From: Candidatus Latescibacterota bacterium
GTDB taxonomy: Bacteria > Latescibacterota > UBA2968 > UBA8231
DNA: 64,000 nt
Assembly: GCA_965217585.1 (NCBI GenBank)
Contig: OZ244561.1
Span: forward strand, 2,240,001 to 2,304,000
Direction of reading: 5' to 3'
Every line of letters begins with the position of its first letter. The first letter of the stretch is position 1. Positions 48,934-59,650 of the stretch are shown piece after piece. The notes beneath the pieces were generated by a model that was not told the DNA's origin, did no database searches, and saw only the letters and a list, made by a program, of their open reading frames with translations. The translations under genes were made by a program, and so were the position numbers.

Positions 48934-51609
48934 ATGCCTGCTAACAACGACGAATTTGGCGCACGCTGCGAGTTGCAATGCAGCGGCGGTAGCGGCGTCC
49001 TGTACCGCATTCAAAAGTTAGAAGAAGACGGCGTAGCCGAGGTGAGCCGGCTGCCCTATTCAATCAAGATTCTGTTAGAGGCCGCGCTCAGGCAGTGCGA
49101 CGAGTTTGAGATTACTCGCGAGGACGTCGAGCGCATTGCGCGCTGGAGTCCCGAGACTGCGGGCAAGGAAGAGATTCCCTTCAAGCCAGCGCGGGTGGTG
49201 ATGCAGGATTTTACCGGCGTGCCCGCGGTGGTCGATCTGGCCGTGATGCGCGACGCCGTGGCCGATTTGGGCGGCGACCCGGAGAAGGTCAATCCCCTGA
49301 TTCCCGTTGACTTGGTAATTGATCATTCGGTGCAGGTCGATTACTACGGCATCCGCGAGGCTCTGGCCATGAACGCCGCGCGCGAATTCGAGCGCAATCG
49401 CGAGCGCTACGAGTTTTTGCGCTGGGGTCAGGAGTCGTTCGACAATTTTCGCGTGGTGCCGCCGGCCACCGGCATCGTGCATCAGGTCAACTTGGAATAT
49501 CTAGCGCAGGTGGTGCAGGAGCAGGACGGCGAATTCTATCCCGACAGCCTAGTGGGCACGGACAGCCACACGACGATGATCAACGGCCTCGGCGTCCTCG
49601 GCTGGGGCGTGGGCGGCATTGAGGCCGAGGCCGTGATGTTGGGGCAGCCGATCTACATGCTTTTGCCCGAAGTGGTCGGCGTCAAACTGACGGGTGCCTT
49701 GCCCACCGGGACGACGGCGACGGACTTGGTGCTGACGGTGGTGCAGATGCTCCGCGCACACGGCGTGGTGGGCAAATTCGTCGAGTTTTACGGCCCGGGC
49801 GTGAGCGAGTTGAGCTTGGCCGACCGGGCGACCCTCGCCAACATGGCCCCGGAATACGGGGCGACAATGGGCATTTTCCCGGTTGACGAGGAGACGCTGG
49901 CGTATTTGGTGCTCACCGGGCGCAAGAAGGCGGTGGTCGAGCGGGTCCGCGCCTATATGGAAGCGCAGGGCATGTTCTACCACGCCGAGGTGCCTGATCC
50001 TGTCTTCAGCGAGCACTTGGCATTGGATATGAGTACCGTCGAGCCGAGCTTGGCCGGCCCGACGCGGCCGCAGGATCGGGTCGCGCTCAAGGACGTGCCG
50101 ACCGCATTCGCCGCCTCGCTGGCGGATCGCTTTGAGGTGGAGGACAGCGGCAAAAAGGTCGCCGTCGATTTGGGTGAGCAGGGCGCAGTGGAGCTGGACC
50201 ACGGCGCAGTGCTCATCGCCGCCATTACCTCCTGCACGAATACCAGCAACCCGAGTGCGATGGTGGGGGCGGGGCTGTTGGCGCGCAACGCGGCCGAGCG
50301 GGGTCTCTCCGTTCCGGCCTACGTCAAGACTAGCTTGGCACCGGGCAGCCGGGTGGTCTCGCGCTACCTCGACGCGGCTGGCCTCACCGAGAGCTTAGAA
50401 GCCCTCGGCTTCCACACGGTCGGCTATGGTTGCACGACCTGCATTGGCAACTCGGGTCCCCTGCCCGAGGAAATCGCCACGGCCGTGGCTGACAACGACT
50501 TGGTGGTGTGTAGCGTGCTCAGCGGCAATCGCAATTTCGAGGGCCGGGTACACGCGGTGACGAAGGCTAATTTCCTCGCTTCGCCGCCGTTAGTCGTGGC
50601 CTACGCGCTCGCGGGCCGGGCGACGATTGACTTCGAGCGCGAGCCACTGGGCTGCGACCAAGCGGGCCGCGAGGTGTTCCTGCGCGACATCTGGCCCTCG
50701 CAGGACCAGATCCGCGACGCGATTGCCCGTTCGCTGACGCCGAAGATGTTCGAGGAAGAATACGGCAATGCGTTCAGTCAGAACGAGACTTGGAACGCCA
50801 TTCCCGTGCCTGCGGGCACGCGCTACGCCTGGGCCGAGGAGAGCACGTACATTCGCAAGCCGAATTTCTTCGACGGCCTCACTAAGGAGGTACTGCCGAT
50901 CCAGCCGATCCAAGGGGCGCGCGTCTTGGCCAAGCTCGGCGACAGCGTGACGACCGACCACATCTCACCGGCTGGCGCAATCGCCGTAGGCAGTCCGGGG
51001 GGCGAGTACCTCGCCGACCGCGGCGTCGAGCGCAAGGACTGGAACAGCTATGGCTCTAGGCGAGGCAACCACGAGGTGATGATGCGGGGTACGTTTGCCA
51101 ATATCCGCATCCGCAACGAGCTGGTGCCCGGCGTCGAGGGGGGCTTGACGCGCCACCTGCCTTCGGGCGAGCAGATGACCATGTACGAGGCGGCGATGCG
51201 CTACATAGAAGAAGGCGTGCCTTCGATAATTATCGCGGGCAAGGAGTACGGATCGGGTTCGAGCCGCGACTGGGCAGCTAAAGGTCCCTTTCTGCAGGGC
51301 GTCAAGGCCGCAATCGTCGAGAGCTACGAGCGCATCCACCGCTCAAACCTGATTGGGATGGGCATTCTGCCGCTGCAATTTTCCCCTGGAGACGATCGCC
51401 ACTCGTTAGGGCTGACCGGCGAAGAGATATACGATGTCGAGGGCCTCGACGACGACCTACAGCCGGGGCAGGTGTTGGAGGTGGTGGCCAAGAACGCTGC
51501 GGGCGAGAAGCGCTTTGCGGTGGTATGCCGGATAGACACCCCCGTGGAGATCAACTACTACCGCAATGGGGGAATCTTACACGCAGTACTCAGGCGGATG
51601 GCCGAGTAG
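48934..51609 (+). CDS. acnA: Aconitate hydratase A
   Basis: [11 protein letters not shown]; QDFTGVP; DHSVQVD; [12 protein letters not shown]; [12 protein letters not shown]; [13 protein letters not shown]. Confidence 0.97.
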   Translation: MPANNDEFGARCELQCSGGSGVLYRIQKLEEDGVAEVSRLPYSIKILLEAALRQCDEFEITREDVERIARWSPETAGKEEIPFKPARVVMQDFTGVPAVVDLAVMRDAVADLGGDPEKVNPLIPVDLVIDHSVQVDYYGIREALAMNAAREFERNRERYEFLRWGQESFDNFRVVPPATGIVHQVNLEYLAQVVQEQDGEFYPDSLVGTDSHTTMINGLGVLGWGVGGIEAEAVMLGQPIYMLLPEVVGVKLTGALPTGTTATDLVLTVVQMLRAHGVVGKFVEFYGPGVSELSLADRATLANMAPEYGATMGIFPVDEETLAYLVLTGRKKAVVERVRAYMEAQGMFYHAEVPDPVFSEHLALDMSTVEPSLAGPTRPQDRVALKDVPTAFAASLADRFEVEDSGKKVAVDLGEQGAVELDHGAVLIAAITSCTNTSNPSAMVGAGLLARNAAERGLSVPAYVKTSLAPGSRVVSRYLDAAGLTESLEALGFHTVGYGCTTCIGNSGPLPEEIATAVADNDLVVCSVLSGNRNFEGRVHAVTKANFLASPPLVVAYALAGRATIDFEREPLGCDQAGREVFLRDIWPSQDQIRDAIARSLTPKMFEEEYGNAFSQNETWNAIPVPAGTRYAWAEESTYIRKPNFFDGLTKEVLPIQPIQGARVLAKLGDSVTTDHISPAGAIAVGSPGGEYLADRGVERKDWNSYGSRRGNHEVMMRGTFANIRIRNELVPGVEGGLTRHLPSGEQMTMYEAAMRYIEEGVPSIIIAGKEYGSGSSRDWAAKGPFLQGVKAAIVESYERIHRSNLIGMGILPLQFSPGDDRHSLGLTGEEIYDVEGLDDDLQPGQVLEVVAKNAAGEKRFAVVCRIDTPVEINYYRNGGILHAVLRRMAE

Positions 51610-51627
51610 GGCCTACGAGAGGATGCA

Positions 51628-52869
51628 ATGAATTCTTGTGTTGTTAAAGACGTCGTGCGCACCGTGCTGCACGTGCCGTTCCACGAGCGCTGCGCCGACA
51701 CCATGGAAGTCTACGGGCCGGGTTGGTCCATCGTCGAGTTGATCGAAGTGGAGACCGAGGGCGGCGTTGTCGGCATCGGCGAGACGATTCAGGGATATAC
51801 GTGGGGCCACTCGCGCGAAGCGGAGTTTGCCCGCGTGCGCGGTCGGAACGTTTTCGAAATGCTGTGGGACGATTCGCTAGGGGCTGGCTTGCAGATGGCG
51901 CTGTTCGACGCGGCCGGCAAGCACTTAGGCGTACCCTGCCACCGGCTGATGGGGCCGCAGCACCGAGACGCCTGCCCGGTTTCTTGGTGGGCGCAAAGTA
52001 TGCCGCCGGCAGCGTGGGCGGCCGAGGCGCGCGCAGCCGAGGCGCATGGCTTTACCACCATGAAAGTCAAGGCGCGGCCTTGGTACGATATTGCGGCGCA
52101 ATTACAGGCCGTGGATGAGGCCACTTCTCAGCACTTCAAGCTGGACGCCGACTTCAACACCATGTTGCTGGGGGTTGACCAAGCCGCCCCGCTCATTGCG
52201 CGCTTGGAGCGAGACAACGCCTGTCTCGCTATCGTCGAGTCGCCAATTCCGCAGGACGACGTGGAGGGCAACAAGCTCCTGCGGCGCAAGATCCAATGTC
52301 CAATCGCCATGCACATAGGCCAACCGCCGCCCATGACGGCGATCCGCGAGGGCGTGTGCGACGGGTTTGTCATCGGCGGCGGGGTACACCGCGTCTTGAG
52401 CGACGGCAACTTGGCCGAGCGAGCGCACATGCCGTTCTGGTTGCAGATGGTGGGCACTGGCCTGACGGCGACCTTTGCGGCGCACTTGGGGGCGGTGCTA
52501 AAGGAAGCTCGCTGGCCGGCGATTCCTTGCGTCAACATCTATTCGCACGTTTTGGTGCAGGAGTTCGCCGTGGAGGGCGGGCATCTGCGGGTACCGGAGG
52601 CCCCGGGTTTGGGGATCGAGTTGGACCGGGAGGCTGTGGAGCGCCTGCGCGTCGAGCCGGACTTTGCGAAAGCGCCAGTGCGCCAAATACACGCCGTGCG
52701 TTGGCCGGATGGCCGGGTTCTCTGGGCTACCGACGGCAGTTACCGCAGCGATTTCACCGCTGGCAAGCGGACGGGCTTCTCGCCGGGGATGCAGCTAGAG
52801 GTGCGGCTCGACGACGGCAGCGAAGAATTTGATCGAGAGTATCGGGAGCGTTTTCTGGAGCGAGCTTAG
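51628..52869 (+). CDS. Mandelate racemase/muconate lactonizing enzyme-family protein
   Basis: MALFDAAGK; KVKARP; DADFN; VESP; PEAPGLGIELD. Confidence 0.87.
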   Translation: MNSCVVKDVVRTVLHVPFHERCADTMEVYGPGWSIVELIEVETEGGVVGIGETIQGYTWGHSREAEFARVRGRNVFEMLWDDSLGAGLQMALFDAAGKHLGVPCHRLMGPQHRDACPVSWWAQSMPPAAWAAEARAAEAHGFTTMKVKARPWYDIAAQLQAVDEATSQHFKLDADFNTMLLGVDQAAPLIARLERDNACLAIVESPIPQDDVEGNKLLRRKIQCPIAMHIGQPPPMTAIREGVCDGFVIGGGVHRVLSDGNLAERAHMPFWLQMVGTGLTATFAAHLGAVLKEARWPAIPCVNIYSHVLVQEFAVEGGHLRVPEAPGLGIELDREAVERLRVEPDFAKAPVRQIHAVRWPDGRVLWATDGSYRSDFTAGKRTGFSPGMQLEVRLDDGSEEFDREYRERFLERA

Positions 52870-52873
52870 GGCG

Positions 52874-53158
52874 TCACTTGAGTACGGCGACGGCTGCGCC
52901 CATGGTTGTGACGAGGATGCCGGTGCAGGCGATGAGCATGGCCATTAGCCGCGCGTAGCGCGAATCGAGTTGTTTGGCTAAGTCGTCGATGCGTCCGTTG
53001 GTCTGGTCGATGCGCCCGTTGGTTTGGTCGATGCGTCCGTGTATTTGGCGTATGTCTTGGCGCATGTCTTGGCGGAGATTTTGAATATCCTCGCGTAGGA
53101 AGCTGAGGGCGAGGGTGAATTCTGTCGGCTGGGCGGGATTGGGTGGCTGCTCGGCCAT
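52874..53158 (-). CDS. Membrane-anchored coiled-coil protein, tandem copy 3 (94 aa)
   Basis: Near-identical to its two neighbours; IDQTNGR heptads; C-terminal TM helix. Confidence 0.8.
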   Translation of the reverse strand: MAEQPPNPAQPTEFTLALSFLREDIQNLRQDMRQDIRQIHGRIDQTNGRIDQTNGRIDDLAKQLDSRYARLMAMLIACTGILVTTMGAAVAVLK

Positions 53159-53167
53159 GATGCGGTC

Positions 53168-53434
53168 TTAGAGCTTGAGCACGGCGACGGCCGCGCCCAT
53201 GGTTGTGATGAGGATGCTGGTGCAGGCGATGAGCATGGCCATTAGCCGCGCATAGCGCGAATCGAGCTGTTTGGCTAAATCGTCGATGCGCTCGTTGGTT
53301 TGGTCGATGCGTCCGTGTATTTGGCGTATGTCTTGGCGCATGTCTTGGCGGAGATTTTGAATATCCTCGCGTAGGAAGCTGAGGGCGAGGGTGAATTCCG
53401 TAGGTTGGGCGGGATTGGGCGGCTGCTCGGTCAT
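53168..53434 (-). CDS. Membrane-anchored coiled-coil protein, tandem copy 2 (88 aa)
   Basis: Same architecture as its neighbours; shortest stalk. Confidence 0.8.
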   Translation of the reverse strand: MTEQPPNPAQPTEFTLALSFLREDIQNLRQDMRQDIRQIHGRIDQTNERIDDLAKQLDSRYARLMAMLIACTSILITTMGAAVAVLKL

Positions 53435-53443
53435 GATGCGGCC

Positions 53444-53752
53444 TTAGAGCTTGAGTACGGCGACGGCCGCGCCCATGGTTGTGACGAGGATGCTGGTGCA
53501 GGCGATGAGCATGGCCATCAGTCGCGCATAGCGCGAATCGAGTTGTTTGGCTAAGTCGTCGATGCGTCCGTTGGTCTGATTGATGCGCTCGCCCACTTCG
53601 GTACGCAGGGCGTTGATACGCTCGTTGGTTTGGTCAATACGCTCGTGTATTTGGCGCACGTCTTGGCGTATGTCTTGAATATCCTCGCGTAGGAAGCTGA
53701 GGGCGAGGGTGGATTCCGTGGGCTGGGCGGGATTGGGCGGCTGCTCGGTCAC
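53444..53752 (-). CDS. Membrane-anchored coiled-coil protein, tandem copy 1 (102 aa)
   Basis: GTG start after GGAGGA; longest stalk. Confidence 0.8.
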   Translation of the reverse strand: MTEQPPNPAQPTESTLALSFLREDIQDIRQDVRQIHERIDQTNERINALRTEVGERINQTNGRIDDLAKQLDSRYARLMAMLIACTSILVTTMGAAVAVLKL

Positions 53753-53913
53753 CAGAAGTTCCTCCATCGGTAAATGTAAGCGCTCGCCCCCTACATGCAA
53801 AAAGCAGACCACGCTTAAGCAGCCGTCCGTTCCCTCTGGTAGAAGTATGTGCTGTATGCGCCGTGCTGTTGCCTTGTAGAAACGACGCTGTTCCTCAGAG
53901 GCAACAACATTCC

Positions 53914-54453
53914 TCACTTGACCAATGCGGCAATTTGCTTGAACTCCGCCGTCCCCGCCTCCTGTATCAATTCAAATAAACACATTTCCACCGCGGTGAT
54001 CTGTGCGCCAGCAGACGCCATTTTTTGCAGCCCCAGCGCCTTGTTCTCGGCTGTGCGTGCGGCGACGGCGTCGGCGACGACTTCGACTTGGTAGCCTGAG
54101 TCCAGCAAATCGCGGGCAGTCTGATAGACGCAGATATGGCTTTCGATCCCGGCCAAGAGAATCTGGCGTCGGCCGCTCTGGCGCAGTTGGGTTTGGAAAG
54201 CGCTGAGGCCACAGGCGCTAAAGCAGGTTTTGGCCAGGGGCTTTTGGCCGGAGAGCAGGTCGGCGACCTCGGGAATGGTGGGGCCAAGTCCTTTGGGATA
54301 TTGCTCCAGCCATAGGATGGGCAACCTTAGGACCTGCGCGCCCTTGACGAGAATCTGTAGCTGGCGGTAGAGTGTCTCGCGCTCGTGCATCAGCGAGGCC
54401 AGCTTGCCTTGAATGTCGATGAGGACGAGCGCGGTGTGGTCGCGGCTGAGCAT
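53914..54453 (-). CDS. Isochorismatase-family cysteine hydrolase
   Basis: LVLIDIQGKL; EQYPKGLGPT; KTCFS; AGIESHICVYQT. Confidence 0.93.
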   Translation of the reverse strand: MLSRDHTALVLIDIQGKLASLMHERETLYRQLQILVKGAQVLRLPILWLEQYPKGLGPTIPEVADLLSGQKPLAKTCFSACGLSAFQTQLRQSGRRQILLAGIESHICVYQTARDLLDSGYQVEVVADAVAARTAENKALGLQKMASAGAQITAVEMCLFELIQEAGTAEFKQIAALVK

Positions 54454-55598
54454 TAGATGTATCCGGTCGAGCCATCGGGACGCGTCGGGCTGGAGCGTTC
54501 CCAATGGATGTATTCGTTGTCGGTGATGGCTTCTTCGTTGATCTCGACGCCTAGCCCCGGCCGGTCCGGCCGCAATTCGAGATAGCCGTCTTTGGGCAGA
54601 TAGGGTTCGTCAACCCAGTCGTTCCACTCGGACTCGGTCGGCAGAATGTATTCGAGAATTTTGAAGTTCGGTGCCGAGGCGCAGAAGTGCAGATTGACGG
54701 CAGTCGCCAACGGCCCCATGGGGTTGTGCGGAGCGATGCTGATGTAGTGGGCTTCGGCAATGGCGTTGATCTTGCGCATTTCGAGCAGGCCGCCGCAGAC
54801 GCAGATGTCGGGTTGGATGATGTCGGCACCTTGGTTGGCTATCAGGTTGAGAAATTCGAAGCGGGCGTAGAGGCTCTCGCCGGTAGCCAATGGCACCTGC
54901 ATTTGCGACTTGAGGCTGGTCCACGCCGGAATGTGCTCGGGGCGCATAGGCTCTTCGTAGAAAAAAGGATCGTACGGTGCGAGGGCGTTGGCTAGCTGCA
55001 AGGCGCGAATCGGCTCGAAGATCTTGGCGTGTGGGTCGAAGGCAAATTCCCAGTCGTCGGGGCAGTTGACGCGCAATTCTTCAAAGTAATTGGCCGCTGC
55101 CTTGCAGACTCGGCCCCAGCGGTTGGCGTCGGGGTCGAGCTGGTAGGGGCCGGTTTTGAAGGCGGTGAAGCCGTATTCCTCGTTGAGGCGCTTGGCTTGG
55201 TCGGAGGCCTCTTTGCCGTCGCGGCCGCCGATCCCGCGGTACACGCGCACCCGGTCGCGGGCGTGGCCGCCCAGGAGCTGATAGACCGGGACGCCCGCGG
55301 CTTTGCCGGAGATGTCCCACAGCGCGTGGTCGATGCCGGAGATGGCCGACAGGCCGATCCCGCCCGGTGGAAAGCGAAACTGCTGGTGCAGTTTCATCAG
55401 GATGAATTCGATCCGCCGCGGGTCGATGCCCTTGATTAGCTCAAAGCAATAATCGACGGTTGGGCCGACGGCTAGGTCGGGGCCGATGGAATAGGTCTCG
55501 CCCCAGCCGGTGATGCCCTCGTCGGTCTCGACTTTGACCAAGACGCGGGGGCGGTTGCCGAAGCGGGCGATGATCGGGGTGATAGCAGTGATTTTCAC
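54453..55598 (-). CDS. Galactonate dehydratase-like acid-sugar dehydratase (enolase superfamily)
   Basis: VKVETDEGITGWGE; SAISGIDHALWDI; FDPH; YEEP; ATGE; QPDICVCGG; APHNPMGP. Confidence 0.88.
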   Translation of the reverse strand: MKITAITPIIARFGNRPRVLVKVETDEGITGWGETYSIGPDLAVGPTVDYCFELIKGIDPRRIEFILMKLHQQFRFPPGGIGLSAISGIDHALWDISGKAAGVPVYQLLGGHARDRVRVYRGIGGRDGKEASDQAKRLNEEYGFTAFKTGPYQLDPDANRWGRVCKAAANYFEELRVNCPDDWEFAFDPHAKIFEPIRALQLANALAPYDPFFYEEPMRPEHIPAWTSLKSQMQVPLATGESLYARFEFLNLIANQGADIIQPDICVCGGLLEMRKINAIAEAHYISIAPHNPMGPLATAVNLHFCASAPNFKILEYILPTESEWNDWVDEPYLPKDGYLELRPDRPGLGVEINEEAITDNEYIHWERSSPTRPDGSTGYI

Positions 55599-55609
55599 GG
55601 CGGGCCTCG

Positions 55610-56983
55610 CTAGTGGAAAAAGAGGGGATAAGGGGCGTTTTCTGCTTCGCGTTTGATCAGGCTCATCAGCTCCATCGCGTGGTAGTCGCCCCACATGGCC
55701 GCCTCGCCGCACGGGATGGCGCGGCCTTGGGGCACGTAATCCCAGCCGTTGGGGCGATGGTAGATCGCGTGGAGGGTGATGCCTTGGTGTTGGGGATCGA
55801 CGGCGAGGTACGGCTCTTCTAGGAGGGCGCGGGCAATGGTGAAGGCCGCAGCGCGATAGCGCGTCCCCCTCGCTATGTCCCCCTTGGACAAATAGTAGTT
55901 GCCCAAGCGCAAATACCCTTGGCCGCAGATGGCCGCGGCCGAGCTGTCGAGCGGCTCGACATCGTTGTACGGGTCGGAGGGCTTGTCGGTTATCGCGCCA
56001 AAGGAGGCGACCCCAGGTGCGCCGGTGTCCCAAAATGGCACGCCGTCGGCAAAGCTGTTGGCGATGTGAAATTCAGCAGTGGCCAGGGCGGCTTTTTCCA
56101 TGGTTTGCACGATGTCGGCCTTGGTGCCGAAAGGCTCGACATCGGCCTCGCTGAGGGCGGCGAAATACTCTAGCTGCTCGGCGTATCCCAAAAGCACCCA
56201 CGACAGACCGCGAGTCCAAGTCGAGAATGGGGTGTAGCCCTGCTGGGTGCTGGGGCAGCGGTACTGGCCATCGCGGGTGTTGAAGATGGACTCGTGGACC
56301 ACGCGACCGGGTGTGTCAAACGCGTCGCGTCCCTCGCCGTAGTACACGTTGAAACGGGCGTTAGTTTGGGCGTGTTCGATCAAGCGGCCGAGCAGGCTGA
56401 TGCGCTGGTCGCCTTCGCCCATCAGCGCGTGGCCTAGCTGGTGCGCAGTCCCCAAGATGCGCAGCGAGCGCATGGTGTCGGAGAAGAGCGAATGCGGGCC
56501 GTTGAAGGAGTGGATAAAACCCGTGCCGTACGCGGTCTCGGTCCAGCGCGCGGCTTGCACGGCACCCGACAGCTTGATGGCTAGCTCGTAGAAGTCCAGC
56601 TCGCGCTGATCGTGCGGAATGCGGCCTTCGAGCATCAGGCGGCGCAGGTTGCCATAGGTGGAGAGGTTGTTGAAGCCGTGGTCGTGGACGCCGACGTGCG
56701 AGACGTGCGGTGCCATGTGCGCGATGGTGCGGTCGCGGCCGAGCGCGAGAAAACGCGCATCGTCGGTCATGTCGTACTGTAGTATGGCGCAGCCGTATTG
56801 GAAGCCTTGGGTCCACTCGGTCCAGCCTCGGGTGGTGTAACGCCCCTGCTCGGTGAAAACCGGGGTGCCGTGGTTTGGGTCCCAGGTGCGGTCGAGATCG
56901 AGGATCTTGGCACCGGTAAGGGCTAAAAAGCGCTGGATTGCTGGAAGGAGCTTTTGGGCGTTCAGGTCTTGGTCTGGTTTCAC
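55610..56983 (-). CDS. GH88-like unsaturated glucuronyl hydrolase-related protein
   Basis: WTEWTQGF; HDHGF; DTM; QQGY..STWTRGLSW; DSSAAAI; WGDY. Confidence 0.8.
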   Translation of the reverse strand: MKPDQDLNAQKLLPAIQRFLALTGAKILDLDRTWDPNHGTPVFTEQGRYTTRGWTEWTQGFQYGCAILQYDMTDDARFLALGRDRTIAHMAPHVSHVGVHDHGFNNLSTYGNLRRLMLEGRIPHDQRELDFYELAIKLSGAVQAARWTETAYGTGFIHSFNGPHSLFSDTMRSLRILGTAHQLGHALMGEGDQRISLLGRLIEHAQTNARFNVYYGEGRDAFDTPGRVVHESIFNTRDGQYRCPSTQQGYTPFSTWTRGLSWVLLGYAEQLEYFAALSEADVEPFGTKADIVQTMEKAALATAEFHIANSFADGVPFWDTGAPGVASFGAITDKPSDPYNDVEPLDSSAAAICGQGYLRLGNYYLSKGDIARGTRYRAAAFTIARALLEEPYLAVDPQHQGITLHAIYHRPNGWDYVPQGRAIPCGEAAMWGDYHAMELMSLIKREAENAPYPLFFH

Positions 56984-57112
56984 GGGACGGTTCCTTTTGC
57001 TTGGGCAGCGAGAAGATAGGAGGGGCGTGGAGGTGGGTCAATGCGGGTTGGTGGGTCGTGGGTCGCTTGCTTATTTTCCATCGCCGCACAGACGAAGTCA
57101 AGGAGAAATCAC

Positions 57113-59650
57113 GTGAGCATACTCGACGAAGGCATTGTCTTAAAAGTAGAAGAAACCGCGGGCATTACCCGCCGCAAGTATCCCCTGACAAGGGGCGTTC
57201 CCCTGCCCCAAGGTGCCGTAGCAGGCGTGGAGAGCCTGTCTTTGCAGGATGCGCAGGGCCGGGATGTCCCGGTGCAGCTACGGGTCTTGGGCCGCTGGTC
57301 GGACGACAGCGCGAAGTGGGTCTTGGTGGACTTTCAGGCCGATGTGGAAGCGGGCAAAGAGGCCGTGTACACCTTAAAATACACCAAAGACAAAAACGCC
57401 GCGGCAGGCGTCCGCGGCGTGGAAATCGCCGAGCGGGAAGATCGCTTTGAGGTGTGTACCGGACCCCTGCGCTTTGGCATTGGCAAAAAGGCATTCGCGC
57501 TTTTTGACGGAGTAGAGCTAGGACAGCGAGCCGAGGGGTCGTTTGTCTCCGAGGTAGAAGTTGCACCTCGGGGCGGCGGCGACGCTTGGGCCAAGATCTC
57601 CGAGTCCGAGTTCACCGGAGGCACGCAGCGGCGGGTCTACGGAATGGGGGGAACGTGTCTGGCGTCAGCAGGCGTGGAGGAATACGCCGTCGAGATCGAA
57701 GAGGCCGGTCCCTTGCGAGCGGTGATTTGCTGCCGAGGGGCCTACGAGTCAACCGCGCCCATGCACCACTACGCCGGCTATCGCCCGCTGCGCTTTGCGA
57801 CCCGGATCTACGCCTATGCCGGCCAGGCGCAGGTGCGGGTAGTGCATACGGTGATCGCTACCTGCAATCCGCGTGAGACCGAGGTCGAGGAACTGGGTTT
57901 GCGCGTCCCAATCTTGCCCGCAGGCAGCGGAACTTGGCGCGTCGGGGCTGGGAGGGTCATGGCGGGGCCTTGGGTCCCCGAGCGCTACGCATTGCTCTCG
58001 CAGCGGCTGGACAATCACTTCTATTGGGAAGAGTACGAAGGCGTTGATCGCGCTGTGCGGGCCGAGGGCGAGCGCGCCGCTGGCTGGATTTGTGCCGAGA
58101 ACGACCGCGTTGGCGTCGGCGTTGCGCTGCGCTATATGGCCGAGGAGTACCCCAAGGCCCTCGGCGTAGGTGCCCAAGGCATCGACGTCTTTTTTTGGCG
58201 CGACCCAGAGGGCCGGCGGCTCAGCTTCAAGCGCTACGCCGAGGAGGTGGCTTGGCACGAGGGCGAAGGGGTCTATGCCGACGGTACGGGCACGGCGAAG
58301 AGCAGCGAGTTTTTCGTCGACTTTTTTCGCGCTGGTGCTGCCGACGGCGAGCGGTTGCAGGGCCTTTTGCACCCGCCACAGGTGAGCGTCGCGCCGGAGT
58401 GGGTGGCGCGGAGCGGGGCGGTCGGCGGCTTGGCAACCGGCGCAGAATTCCCGCGCTCCGACCGCATGTTGACGGGCTTTGTCGCCTGGATGGAAGGGCA
58501 CATCGAGCGCTATCGCTGGAAGGGTTTTTTCGATTGGGGCGACGTGATGGCCACTTGGGAAGAAAGCGCGGGCGGCTGGCGCTTTAAGGGCCGCTGGGGT
58601 TGGTGCAACAGCGAATGGGATCCGCGCCACGCCGTGTGGTTGCAGTACTTGCGCACGGGCGAGGGGCGCTACTACGCGCTCGGCGAGGCCATGACCCGGC
58701 ACTCGCTGGATGTGGATACCTGTCACTATCACCCGTTGCGGCCCTACATGGTCGGCGGCTGTTTCCGCCACAGCATGGACCACTTTGGCGACGAGCCGTG
58801 CGCTTCGCACACCTTCATCGACAATTGGGTGGATTACTACTACTTGAGCGGCGATGAGCGGGCGCGGGAGGTCTTGCACGAGGCCGGGGAATTTTTCCTG
58901 CGCTACCGCTGGAGTGAGGACCCGCGCTACAGCTTTAGCTTGCGCTCCATCGGCAACGCGCTGCGGGGTTTGCTCTACCTGTACGAGCTGACCGGCGAAG
59001 CGCGCTTTATGCGCCGCGCCGACGAGGTGTACGACGCAGTAGCGCGCGGCCAAAACGAAGACGGTAGCTGGCACAAGCGCTTCCAGGTATCCACGGAGGG
59101 CAAGCTGTCCGACCAAGGGCCGTACGGCATGGCCACTGAGGGTACGACCCTCGCGGTGGAAATGGGCACGGCGGTCCCGTTTAGCGACGAAGAATTCCTC
59201 GAGTTGCGGGGGAGCTTTAGTGCATTAAAGCGGGTTTTGCCCTACGAGGAGCAAAAGGGCTATCAGACTCACTATTTGATGGTTGGGCTGGAGCGGCTCC
59301 ACAGGATGACCGGGCGCGCGGATGTGGCCGAGGTTTTTGTGCGGGCCGTCGATTGGTTTTGCGGCGGCAAAGGCGTCTTCGACGCCGAATTTGCCTGCGC
59401 CCAAAGCTACCACGGCGTGCTCTGCGGCTCGCTGGCGTACGCTTGGCGGTTGACCGGGGAGCGGGGCTATCTGGAGGTGGGGCGCGCGGTGCTAGCCGAG
59501 TTGATTGACCAGCAGGACTGGAGCGACCGCCCGGATTACCGAGGCGCGGTGGCCATGCACCCGACCGCGTTGAGCTTGGTGTTCTTTGGCGTGCCGTCGC
59601 TACTAGGAGCGCTCGCCGAAGCTGACTTAGAGGAGATACCGAATGCCTGA
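57113..59650 (+). CDS. YetA/PcRGLX-like (exo-rhamnogalacturonan lyase-like) large protein
   Basis: PLTRGVPLPQG...VPVQ...WSDDSAKW N-domain; IEEAGPLRA; YPKAL; GFFDWGD; WCNSE; RHSLDVD. Confidence 0.65.
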   Translation: MSILDEGIVLKVEETAGITRRKYPLTRGVPLPQGAVAGVESLSLQDAQGRDVPVQLRVLGRWSDDSAKWVLVDFQADVEAGKEAVYTLKYTKDKNAAAGVRGVEIAEREDRFEVCTGPLRFGIGKKAFALFDGVELGQRAEGSFVSEVEVAPRGGGDAWAKISESEFTGGTQRRVYGMGGTCLASAGVEEYAVEIEEAGPLRAVICCRGAYESTAPMHHYAGYRPLRFATRIYAYAGQAQVRVVHTVIATCNPRETEVEELGLRVPILPAGSGTWRVGAGRVMAGPWVPERYALLSQRLDNHFYWEEYEGVDRAVRAEGERAAGWICAENDRVGVGVALRYMAEEYPKALGVGAQGIDVFFWRDPEGRRLSFKRYAEEVAWHEGEGVYADGTGTAKSSEFFVDFFRAGAADGERLQGLLHPPQVSVAPEWVARSGAVGGLATGAEFPRSDRMLTGFVAWMEGHIERYRWKGFFDWGDVMATWEESAGGWRFKGRWGWCNSEWDPRHAVWLQYLRTGEGRYYALGEAMTRHSLDVDTCHYHPLRPYMVGGCFRHSMDHFGDEPCASHTFIDNWVDYYYLSGDERAREVLHEAGEFFLRYRWSEDPRYSFSLRSIGNALRGLLYLYELTGEARFMRRADEVYDAVARGQNEDGSWHKRFQVSTEGKLSDQGPYGMATEGTTLAVEMGTAVPFSDEEFLELRGSFSALKRVLPYEEQKGYQTHYLMVGLERLHRMTGRADVAEVFVRAVDWFCGGKGVFDAEFACAQSYHGVLCGSLAYAWRLTGERGYLEVGRAVLAELIDQQDWSDRPDYRGAVAMHPTALSLVFFGVPSLLGALAEADLEEIPNA

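Noticed and set aside
57749-59116. Long antisense or alternate-frame ORFs (e.g. 57749-59116, 24026-25240, 6658-7707, 41073-42029)
   Set aside because: Shadow ORFs expected in high-GC coding DNA; they overlap well-supported genes and show no family motifs
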